NCBI GenBank assembly: GCA_010093605.1
Contig: MU004189.1
Location: 1,619,834 to 1,683,833 of the forward strand
Direction: 5' to 3'
Length of the DNA: 64,000 nt
Source: Lophium mytilinum
Taxonomy: Eukaryota
Part shown: positions 35,919 to 46,381 of the stretch, in pieces
Layout of the letters: each line of letters starts with the position of its first letter
Numbering within the stretch: position 1 is the first letter of the stretch
Translations under genes and position numbers: made by a program
Notes under the pieces: model-generated
Seen by the model: the letters and a program-made list of their open reading frames with translations, nothing else
What the model was told of the DNA's origin: nothing
Databases searched by the model: none

Positions 35919-37697
35919 TTATGCCAATCTAAGTCCAGTCTTCTCCGGTAGAAACCACTCGCTCAACAAATCTTTCAGAACCGAATCTGCCCCAGCTCTC
36001 GCAGATGCCCGAGTAGACGCTCGGCACTCGATGTAGAGCTTAATCTTCGGCTCCGTGCCAGACCCTCGCACCGTAAATCGCACCTGGTCGTCCAAATCGC
36101 ACGTGATCATCTGGCTGGTACTGTCCACCGGCAGCAACGGCACGTGGTTCTTCGTCGTCGAGTCGTATCCGAGCGTCAGATCTCTCCACGCCAGGATCTT
36201 CCTGCTTCCCAGCGTGGTCGGGTGTGGGTGTCGCAGAGCCCGAATCGTCTTAAAGACTTCGTTTGTGACGGCGGGTGAGGGCGAAATCAGGTATGTGTTC
36301 GCCTCCTCGAAGTATCCCAGCTCTTCGTAAAGCTGCTGAAGCTTCTGGAAAGGCTTGAGGTTCTGCTCATTCCAGTATGCTACTGCCATGAGGAAGACAG
36401 CAGCAGCACTGATGGAGTCTTTGTCGTGGACCACCGCAGGAATCATATAGCCGAGTGCCTCTTCGTACGCAAAGAGAACCTCGTAGCCCTGAGCAGAGAG
36501 ATCACGAGCTACGTTTCCCAACCACTTGAACCCCGTGAGAGTCTCGGTGTAGTGGAGCCCTCTTCTGGAAGCAAAAGTTGCAAGCATCCTAGACGACACG
36601 GTCGATGCCAGCATTGCCAGCTCGTTCGTAGGTCCCGTTTGGCCCTGGACCTCAAAGATATACGATGCTAGTAGGATGCCAAGCTGGTTGCCTGTGTATT
36701 GGTGCCACTCTCCGTCGTACTTTTCGGCAACGGCCAGTCGATCAGCATCAGGGTCGCTTGCGAGGATCAAGGATACCGACTCCTTGTCACCTAATGCCTT
36801 GGCCAGATCCAGAGCTCCTTTCTCCTCCGGATTGGGGAACTTGACAGTGGGAAAATCTGGATCAGGTTCTGCCTGAGACTCGACAACGTGCATGTTCTCT
36901 ATCGGGAAAAGGTCGAGGATCTCCACGGTCCGCGTCATCGGTAGGAGACCCAGTCCATGCATTGGTGTGTACACGAAGCTGATCTGGGGTGCCGTTGGCG
37001 TCTCCTCCTCGTCATTCCTTAAAACTGCAGTTCTGACAACCTCATAGTATTTGTCTTGTACGAGGCTGAGAGATCCTTCGACCAGGAGAGAGCAGCCGTC
37101 GCCGTCCTCGCCGTCCACAACAGAAGTGTCCCAGGTCACGGGCTCTAGGTTCTTAAGGATGGCAGCTGCAATCCCAACGTCGTGTGGGGGTATGATCTGG
37201 CAACCGTTGGACCAGTAAACTTTATATCCGTTGTCCTGGGCAGGGTTGTGGCTTGCTGTGGCCATGATGCCGGCAACAGCGTTAAGATGCCGCACTCCGA
37301 ATGGGACCAGGGGAGTGTGGCTAGGAGTCTCATACCACCACACACGTATGCCTTTTGCTACAAATGCTGCGGCCGCTAGCTTTGCAAACTTCTCCGAGTT
37401 GTGGCGTGCATCTCGGCCTATGACTACGCCCCGGTGCTGGACATCATGCTCGGTCTCGAGAAGATAGGCGGCCAGTCCTTGCGAGGCTTGAATGACGGTC
37501 AGAGCGTTCATGCATGCAAACCCAGCCTTCATAGGGCCCCGGAGGCCTGCGGTTCCAAAAGCAATTCGGGTCCCTAGTCGTTGCTGCAGCTCGTCCGTGT
37601 CCCCACGCTTGAGGAGGCTTTGGATCTCGTTTCTCGTCGAGTCATCTTTGTCGAGACGCAGCCATTCATCTGCTAGCTCTTGCGTAGTTCGGGCCAT
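35919..37697 (-). CDS. Phosphoglucomutase-2 / phosphopentomutase-type alpha-D-phosphohexomutase (yeast PRM15/PGM3-like)
   Basis: FGTAGLRG, catalytic TASHNP, metal loop DPDADR, AYEEALG, VRGSGTEPKIKLY. Intronless, 592 aa. Confidence 0.93.
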   Translation of the reverse strand: MARTTQELADEWLRLDKDDSTRNEIQSLLKRGDTDELQQRLGTRIAFGTAGLRGPMKAGFACMNALTVIQASQGLAAYLLETEHDVQHRGVVIGRDARHNSEKFAKLAAAAFVAKGIRVWWYETPSHTPLVPFGVRHLNAVAGIMATASHNPAQDNGYKVYWSNGCQIIPPHDVGIAAAILKNLEPVTWDTSVVDGEDGDGCSLLVEGSLSLVQDKYYEVVRTAVLRNDEEETPTAPQISFVYTPMHGLGLLPMTRTVEILDLFPIENMHVVESQAEPDPDFPTVKFPNPEEKGALDLAKALGDKESVSLILASDPDADRLAVAEKYDGEWHQYTGNQLGILLASYIFEVQGQTGPTNELAMLASTVSSRMLATFASRRGLHYTETLTGFKWLGNVARDLSAQGYEVLFAYEEALGYMIPAVVHDKDSISAAAVFLMAVAYWNEQNLKPFQKLQQLYEELGYFEEANTYLISPSPAVTNEVFKTIRALRHPHPTTLGSRKILAWRDLTLGYDSTTKNHVPLLPVDSTSQMITCDLDDQVRFTVRGSGTEPKIKLYIECRASTRASARAGADSVLKDLLSEWFLPEKTGLRLA

Positions 37698-38454
37698 GGT
37701 TCCTGGGTTGTTGGATGCTGATATGTTGATAGACGAGGTATTTGTTCACTTTTAGGTGGAGAATGCGTGACTTGAATGACTAGAGGTTGAAAGCACCGTC
37801 TGCCAGTTAATAAGGGCAAACTGCTGTTCACTCTAACGTCGGCCACGTTCCGTGATCTTCTTGATTTGTCGTCGGTCTTGGCTCGGCAACGGGTTTTCAC
37901 ATCAGCTGTTGCAAATTCATGGATAATCTGATCGGGTTCCGCCGGCGGTGCAGTTACGTGACCAGGTCGACGTTCTGAAGGTGGGCAAACAATACCAGAA
38001 AGCGGCTGCACATGGTAGGTCGACGCTGAGGGCGTCTGTGGGTCTTTGCTGGTGCCATCCTGCCCCGACATGGTGGGTTGAAGTTGCTCCTCGAGCTGCC
38101 AGGTGTCGGCTAAACAGAAGACGAAGCTTTGACAAGCCACACAGTCCCTCACTGGCCGCCCAACAGCGATCGTCTTGTGAGTGGCCAGCGTGTCGACGTT
38201 ATCACGTTATCCGCCTTCGCTATTTTGATCGTCTTGGGCTCGTCCACCGCTCCCATCCTGGTCTCTTCCCCACTTGTTACAGCACCTGTGCTGCAGGAGG
38301 AACACCTTTGCTTTCCTACGAAATACAGCATGGTCCCTCGATTGCTCCTCCACCTGCTCGAGCAACACACACCTCCCCGCTCGAGCTAAGGGCGCTCATA
38401 TAAAACTCTCACCGCTCGAGTCCCCTAGCCCTTTTGACAACCTCAAACGCTACA

Positions 38455-40226
38455 ATGGCCTCCAGCAATGCATCGCCACCGCCTCAGCCGCAATCGACCC
38501 GCAAATCCCAGGTACTACAAAGACGCCAAGTCGAGGCTCTCATTGCCAATGGACATTCCATCGTCATAGTCGACAACAAAGTCTTGAAAGTGGACGCATG
38601 GGTGCCATTCCACCCCGGTGGAGACAAAGCCATTGCGCACATGGTCGGACGGGATGCTACGGATGAGGTTGATCGGTACGTTCCTGCACCGTCCATGCTG
38701 AAGCAATTGCTAATATTTTATATAGCTTTCACTCTGAGGAGACCAGAGCACTCATGGAGCGATACCAGATTGGCCGCGTCGAGGGATTATGGGTCAATTT
38801 TCTCCCTCCAATTCAAGGCGGGAAATTCAGAACACTGGAACAAACGGGCCTTGTGGAGGATGATAGTGCTTTTTATGTCGCACCCGAGCAAGATACCTCA
38901 AGTACACCATCGTCGGTGGACGGATCCCCGATATTCGAGCCTGCGGATCGACCGGCAGCTTCCATTCGGCGACGAAACGTTGGTGACGTCCACATGAGCC
39001 GAACCTCCTCGACCTCTTCAGTTTCTTCGGCCGAGTTAGACGACAGCGCACAGAAGCCAAAGATGTCGGTCATGGATGCTCGCACGCAGCGAGAAATTGA
39101 CCTTGACAAGTCCCTGTACCCTTCATTAGACCCAGCCACCCAGGCAGATGTTGTCGAAAAATACCGAAACTTAGAAAGACGAATTGAAGCGGAGAATCTC
39201 TATCAATGTCGATACTCTTCTTACGCCATTGAAGGGGTTCGATATGCTCTCTTTTTCTCCCTGTTTGTCCTTTTTCTCAAATGGGGTTGGTACATACCAA
39301 GTGCTTGTTTCCTTGGTACCCTATGGCATCAGTTGTCATTCACTGTCCATGATGCAGGCCACATGGGCATCACTCACGACTTCATGACCGACACGGTCAT
39401 TGGCATGCTCGTTGCAGATTACTGCGGCGGGCTCAGCATAGGGTGGTGGAAGTTCAACCATAACGTCCACCATCTTGTAACGAACTCGACCGAACACGAC
39501 CCCGATATTCAGCACATGCCATTTTTTGCGATCTCGCATAAATTCTTCGAGTCGCTGAGATCTACTTATTACGAAAGAATCATGACCTACGACGCTTTTG
39601 CCAAATTCATGATCAGATATCAACACTATCTCTACTACATCATTCTCTGTTTCGGACGCTTCAACCTCTATAGGCTCAGCCTGTCTTATTTGTTTCTCGG
39701 CCAAGGACCTCGCAAAGGTCAAGCTTGGTGGCATCGCTATTTCGAGATTGTTGGTCAGGTATTCTTCTGGACCTGGTACGGATATGGTATCGTATACAAG
39801 ACCATCCCCGGCGGATGGAACAAGTTCGCATTTGTCATGATTAGCCATATGATCACGATGCCTCTGCATTGTCAGATCACCCTTAGTCACTTCGCCATGA
39901 GCACGGCCGACCTGGGAACCACCGAATCCTTCCCCCAGAAGATGCTCAGGACGACCATGGACGTAGATTGCCCACAGTGGCTGGACTTCTTCCACGGAGG
40001 CCTTCAATACCAGGCGATCCACCACCTATTCCCTCGAATGCCTCGTCACAACTTCAGGCGCACTCAGCAATTAGTGCGGGAGTTTTGCAAGGAGGCCAAT
40101 ATCCCCTATGCTACGTTTGGTTTCATCGACGGAAACAAAGTCGTTATTGGAAAGCTAGGCGATGTCAGTCGACAGGCTGCGATCCTAGCTGAATGCCAGC
40201 GGACAATCACTAGAGGTGATCATTGA
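38455..40226 (+). CDS. SLD1: Sphingolipid delta-8 desaturase with cytochrome b5 domain; intron 38676-38725
   Basis: b5 motif HPGG..MVGRDATDE; His boxes HDAGH, HNVHH, QAIHH; QMLRTTMDVDCP-like segment. Confidence 0.93.
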
Positions 40227-40788
40227 TAGAAGTTTGCGAATGGATATCGATCTGGTATTGATCGAAGACATGAGTCTGGCTTGATTTAGCGCCAACCATG
40301 TCCGGTCAATATTAGCGAATGCAGAACTATGAGATAGAAATTTACCAATAGAACTGGTTCAACGGTCAAGGTGGCCGTCCCGAGGTAGAAGTGTATTTGC
40401 GTATCGTCAAACGCGTTTCCATCGCCACTGTCTCGTGTCCGCTCTCCCACCTCACTCATATAGAAGTCTCTGCGACCATCTACCTGAATCACTCCCCCAA
40501 GCATAGGTACTCTCGGGGCTCACGCTTTGTAGAATATACTATTTTCGTCCTACGCGACACCGATACCCTCCGGAATGCCCTTCAAGACAGTCACTCTCAT
40601 TTTGCACGGCTATATATGAATCTCACATCCTCCGCCCGACTAGACAGTTCCCTTCCAAGACATCGAGTCCGAACCAAGCCCCCCTTTCTCGAAACCGAAG
40701 AGCAACTTCCATAGTCTGCAAACTCCGCTTGCGATAACACTTTACAAGCATCTCCACCCCCCATCCCATCCCCATCCCAAAACCCCCT

Positions 40789-41268
40789 TCAATAATACCT
40801 CCTCGGCCCCCTATCCCCCCTCCTCCCACCCCCACCCCTCCCCCTCCCAATATCCAAATGCACAACCCTTACCTCCCACCCCCTCGCCGTCATCTCCCGC
40901 GCCATCCTCTCCACAAAACTCACACTCCGATGCGTCCCGCTCCCGCAGCTCACCCCCAGCGCCACCGCGCCCCCTCCCCTCCCCGCCGCCGCCTCCACCA
41001 TCCGCCGCCCGGCGTCGTAGATCGCGCGGATCTGCGGGCACTGGAACACGTAGCGGCGGCACTCGGCATCCAGCCCCGTCATGGTGGCGCAAATGTGGCG
41101 CGGGGGCACGCGGCACTGCGAGACGTCGAGGAGGGAGAGCACGGGGAGGCGGAAGTGCGCGCTGAAGGGGGCGTGGTGGGGCGTGTGGGCGCTGGCGTAG
41201 GTGAAGAGGAGGAGGCGGGGTGGGCGGGGAGGGCGGCGGCGGAGGCCTGGGTGGGGGAAGGCGAACAT
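40789..41268 (-). CDS. Stand-alone RapZ (YhbJ) C-terminal-domain-like protein with RG/RGG tail
   Basis: LDVSQCRVPP..TGLD and LGVSCGSGTHRSVSFVERMA..VRVVHLD resemble the RapZ CTD motif IAIGCTGGxHRSV..E.L..V.HRD. Ends GRGRGGGGRRGDRGPRRYY. Confidence 0.75.
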   Translation of the reverse strand: MFAFPHPGLRRRPPRPPRLLLFTYASAHTPHHAPFSAHFRLPVLSLLDVSQCRVPPRHICATMTGLDAECRRYVFQCPQIRAIYDAGRRMVEAAAGRGGGAVALGVSCGSGTHRSVSFVERMAREMTARGWEVRVVHLDIGRGRGGGGRRGDRGPRRYY

Positions 41269-41648
41269 GGTGGTTGGCGTACTTGTTGGGTAGAACCTTG
41301 ATGGTTGTTTTGGAATCTGGGTTGATTTTGTGGTGGGGTGGTGTGGCTGGGTCTCACACTGTAAGGTAAAGGTTTAGTAGAGAGTTGGGGGATTTTTCAT
41401 GTTGGAATGCGTGCTGAGATCGTTCTTAGGGCGCTGAAGTTTTTGGGTGCGTGTACTGGAGTGTTGACGTGGGCATGACTGGCATACAGGTTTTGGTATT
41501 GGACAGTGGTTTGTGAAGTCAAAATCAACGACTCATGGCCGCCAACGGGAGCATGGAGAACTTGGACACTATACGTCTTTGTGTTCGAGAAAGGAGCTTC
41601 ATAAATGGATATCCGGGGCCAATATAATACAGCACTGAAACTGGAAAT

Positions 41649-43096
41649 CTACAACTCATCATGTGCGGGCCTCCCGCTATCCTTGTGCAAGTCTATTATC
41701 CCCTTCTTTTTTCGCCCCTTTTCCCAGACGGCCCAGAACTCCTTTTCCATGGATTTCTCCATTTGGTCCGGCAAAACAACAACGTACTCGACGTGCAGTG
41801 AGCCAAATGCCTCGTCGACGCCTTCTGGCAGCTCCTGGTGCCATATCGGCATGCCCTCGTTCTTGACCACTTCCACGGTGTTCGGCTGCACAACCTCTCC
41901 TCGTTTCCGGGAAAGCTGCACGATGTGGCCGTCCAGATGTGTGAGATTGCGCGTCCAGTCGCCCATCCACGCTTCCCGTAGACTCAGCACCTCGCGCCAG
42001 AACAAATCGTGCCCTCTTCTCCTGAACCACGTCCCATCAGTCCGATCCCCCTCCTCTGTCCCTAATTCCGCAGCCTGCTCATGAAGATGCACAATAAGGT
42101 CTCCAGCAACCCAATCCGGGCTCTCATCCGCCTCGTTCTCGTACGTGAGCCGCACGCCCTTGGGCATGCCCTTCTCAATATTGAGATCATGCGTCTCCGG
42201 TTCCCTGACCACCTTCGAGCCCCCACACACCTTACATGGATGCCTGATCTTCTGACCCCTCCCGCCACAAGCATCGCACATACTCTGCACCTGCTGGAAC
42301 AACCCGGGCGCCAACTGCTGCCGTCTTATCACCGATCCTCGTCCCCCGCAAACATCGCACGTCTCGACCTCCCCGTCCGCGCTGCCCGTCCCCTCGCACT
42401 CGGAGCAAATCGCCTGCTTCTCAATCGTGAACTGCGTCGTCTTGCCGTTGTAGAAGTCGCGCAGGGGCATCGAGATGCGGACCTCCATGTTGGGCCCGCG
42501 GCGCTCGGCGTGTTGGTGTCCGAAGTGGCCGCTGCCGCCGAAGAAGCGCGAGAATAGGTCGAAGGGGTCATGGTGCTGGCCGGGCCGCCCGCCGCCGCGC
42601 TTGTGTTGTTCTATGCCTTCATGTCCGTATTGGTCGTAGATGCGGCGTTGTTCTTCGTCGACGAGAACTTCATAGGCGTCGGCGACGGCGACGAATTTAT
42701 CGTGGGCGCTTGAGTCGCCTCTGGGGGGTGGGTTAGATGGGGTTTCGGGGGGTTATGGTGTTATCGGGAGCTTGGAGGGGGGTTGAGAGTAGGTGGAGGT
42801 GGGGCGAGGTAGACCGGTTGGGAGGTGGGACGTACGGGTTCTTGTCGGGGTGGAACTGTTTGCTCAGTCGGCGATATGCCTTCTTGATCTCGCGTTCGGA
42901 GGCAGTTTTCTCTATGCCTAGGAGCTATAATGAGGTCAGAATGAGCATATGTGCGATTTCGTGAAACTTCGATATGAAGAGAGGGTATGTGATAAATAGC
43001 AGAGTCCCTAAAGCTGTAGCATACCTTATAGAAGTCTTCCGCACAAAGGACCACTGGTAAAAGGCAGACCAGCAGCAATGCCAGCCGCAGCAGCAT
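41649..43096 (-). CDS. SCJ1: ER-lumenal DnaJ/Hsp40 co-chaperone, multi-exon
   Basis: Signal peptide, AEDFYK J-domain with spliced FHPDKN, CxxCxGxG zinc repeats, C-terminal HDEL. Confidence 0.93.
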
Positions 43097-43534
43097 CGTG
43101 ACGAGAGTGCAGATAAATTGAAAAGAAAGATAAGAACAATAAAGGGGGGTTTTATGGAATTCAGGGACAAGATGCTACATGAACGGCATTAACCAAGAGC
43201 AGTGAAGGCGCGGGAAGAGGCGAAAGGAAAGGTTGCGGGATCGTGGTTAGTTCCAGTGAATTGGTTTCGAAAACGACAGATGTCACTTGGGACAGCGCGG
43301 CCTTTCTTCGGCAAAGCGGGCAGGGGTGGTTTTTATCCTCACCTCCGCGATTGTTCGCGGAACGGCATTGAGACGTTTATACAGCCAATTCTACCCTCTT
43401 CATCCTATCAACCTCACAATTGAGGTTTAGCGGTCTCTCATATCCCCCTCTAAATCAATTCTCTGCGCCCTAGAGCCTCAGCGCTCTCAGAGCCCTCTTA
43501 TAGCTCACCCATACAACCTCGAACCCATCATCAA

Positions 43535-44214
43535 ATGGCCGCCATGGCCCACCCCCTCGCCTCACGGCAAATAACAGGCGTCGTCGTCTCCGCCGGCAAG
43601 ATGCAAAAAGCTGTCAAAGTCCAAATTGCACAGCAAGAGTGGAACAAGAAGATCCGAAAAGTGCCTCCTCCCACCCCTCTCCAGCTTCCACAACATACTG
43701 ATTACGGTCTCAGCACTTCGCCTCCTCAACAACCCATCTTGTCTCCGACCCCAACTCCTCCCTCCGCGAAGGCGACGTCGTTCGTATCGCCTCCGGCTTC
43801 CGCACCTCGCGCAACATCCGCCACGTCGTCGCCGCCATCATCGCGCCCTTCGGCCCTCCCGTCGAGGCGCGACCTCCCGTGCCCACAGCCGCTGAGCTAT
43901 TAGCTATACGCGCACAGAAGAGGATCGAGAAGGACGTGCGACAGGCGGCGAGAGGGAGGGTAGCGAGTGCGGCGCGGGTGAAGGAGGCGGAGGCGCGGGG
44001 GCTACCGTTGCCGAGTTTGGAGGAGGCGACGCGGAAGATTAAGGCGTTAGCGGAGCAGGAGAGGGCGCGGGCGATGAAGGGGCAGCCGGCTGTGCGGAGT
44101 GGGTTGTCTGCGAAGGAGAAGAGGATGGAGAAGCGGAATTTGACGGATGGGGAGAGGGCGGCTATTAGGGCGGAGAGGGAGAAGGAGGCCGCCGGGAAGG
44201 CGGCGGAGAGTTGA
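43535..44214 (+). CDS. MRPS17: Mitochondrial ribosomal protein uS17m; intron ~43661-43713
   Basis: GVVVSAGKMQKAVKV..WNKKIRK spliced to HF..THLVSDPNSSLREGDVVRI..RHVV (S17 OB fold). Confidence 0.88.
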
Positions 44215-44650
44215 GAGGGATTTGGAGGATTTGAGGAGCACTGGAAGGGTTCTTGGTACGAGAGGGTGTTTGCCTGTATGATACCGGAGGGTAAGCATTT
44301 TGGTACGCTAAGAACTCGCGTATCATCGCATCTTAGATGTACTTGTAAAATGTAAATTTGAGGATCAACGACTTTCAATTATTTCTTATGGCACTTTGCT
44401 AAAGACTTGATGACGAAGGTCCATTCATCGAAAAAGAAGGGTATCTTAGTAATACAATGTGTCCGCTGAGTGCACCAGATGAACAGAAACAGACCATGCA
44501 AATGCCAGTATCTACAGACTGCAATGCATCATAACGACATTGAACTCCAGCCATGCTCGTGGTATCTCTGAACCGAAACCTCCTATGCGCCAACCGAAAG
44601 GCCGTCCCATACATGATGCGTGCGTAGTACGCCTTGAGGTAAACTCCGTG

Positions 44651-46167
44651 CTATGATTCGATTAGTTCGGCCATATCCTCGTCTTCATCCGTCTCCTCTC
44701 CGGCGGTCTCCTCCCCAGTGATTGCAAGAAAGGGGTCGTTTAGGGCTTCGTCTGCTGTGATACGTTTCTTAGGGTCACACTCCAGCAGCTTCTCCATGAA
44801 GACCAGCGCTTCCCTTTCTTCGCCAACCATCCTAATCTTCTCGCCGTTGTCGTGTTTGCCATGTCGATTCGTGCACCAGAGGATAATCTTCTCAAAGCCA
44901 TGGCCGCTCTCAGTATAGCTCGGGATGTTGGTCTCAAACACCTGGCCGTGAAGGAGAGATGTCTCTTTCATCTTCTTCCTCCCGAAAATGTTGGTGATTT
45001 CGAGCAGTGCATCGATATCATCGGCACTGTGGAAGAAAGGGAAACGGCGAGAGAGAAACGTCAACAAAATCACACCCGCACTCCACATGTCTAATGCTGT
45101 GGTCTGCGCAGTGCATTTGAGAAGAACCTCTGGTGCCCGGAAACCGCGTGTTCCGGCTCGATTAGCACGCCGGCTTCCTCTGGAGTCGTTCTTTGGGTAC
45201 GTGGGAATCATGTTAGGGGCGCTGGCCTGGGTGGCAGCATGTACGCTGTGCTCGATTTTGTAACGCCTCTGGTCGGTTGAAAGCTCGCATGGACAGTGGT
45301 GATGATCGGTCCCTTCTCGCTCGGCCAACCCAAAATCGACGAGAACTCCACGCGCTTCTACAGGGTTGTAGAGAAAATTCGTGGGTTTTATGTCGCGGTG
45401 AAGGATGCCGTGAGCATGGACGGCGCTGAGAGCGGTGAATAAGCTCTGGAAGTAACGTCTCATGTCAGAAAAAGACATGTCGCGGAAGTACTCTCGAAAA
45501 TCGCGGTGCTGGAAGTAGGGAAGAATGGCAATGACTTGGTCCTGGTCGCGAAATGCGGTGATCAACGGGCACACTGAATCGGAGTCCTTGAGGTCGTGGA
45601 GCAATTCTAGTTCGTTGAATATCCGGATAGGACTACTGGTGACATAGATCTTCTTGATAGCCACGTAACGAGCCTTCCTTCGGCTACTGTTTTCGAGGTC
45701 CCAGTCATTGCTGTATCTGGAGTACTGGAGATCCTCTGCGAAGTGTTAGAATTGTGACTAGGATTTACAGGTCAACACATACCGGCCTTGTAAACCGTCG
45801 AGAAGGTGCCTGTGAATGTTCGTTAGCTGGCGTTGCCTCCGCGCGGTACCTGCATAACGCGGGCCAATGGAGGGGTATCACCTTCTCCAATGCGGTTTAT
45901 GAGGCGGTACTTGGAGGTGATGCCCTTGAAGCTGTCCTCGAAGCGCTGGATGTCCTCAGCAACGGACTCCTCGACCTCCTCGTCGCTACTGTCGGACATG
46001 GTGCGGCCACTCTCGTCCAGCGGACCCCGGCTTTCGTCTGAAGCCGCGTCGTCGTCGTCGTCGTGACGGGGGTCCTGGTCGCGGTCTTGCTGTCCCTTCA
46101 GGAGAATGTGGTTTGAGGGATGGATGAGCTGCTCTGACTGAGTCCTAAATGTTCTTGCCTTAGCCAT
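44651..46167 (-). CDS. CDC7: Cdc7/Hsk1 (DDK) Ser/Thr kinase, multi-exon
   Basis: YRLINRIGEGTFSTVYKA, AIKKIYVTSSPIRIFNEL, HRDIKPTNFL, LVDFGLA, RANRAGTRGFRAPEVLLKC. Confidence 0.96.
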
Positions 46168-46381
46168 ATTGTCCTCTCAATGGTTGTTGCGGGCTGCTGC
46201 AATTGCGGAAGTCGCGTTCGCGGTCTGTGGTTCGCGAAATCGGCGCTTGCCCGTTTCGGGGCAAATCACAACACAGCAAACAAGCACCACACTGTCCCGC
46301 TCTCCTCTCCGCCGCGATATTCTTCATCACCACTGTGCCTTTACTTCCCTTCTACCGCTCCTCTCATGCCCGCCCGCCACC
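46168..46381. promoter_or_regulatory. 214-bp head-to-head promoter of CDC7 and condensin YCS4, with clustered CGCG (MCB/SCB-like) cores
   Basis: Start codons at 46167 (-) and 46382 (+). gtcgcgttcgcgg at 46211-46223 and ttcgcgaaa at 46231-46239. Confidence 0.6.
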
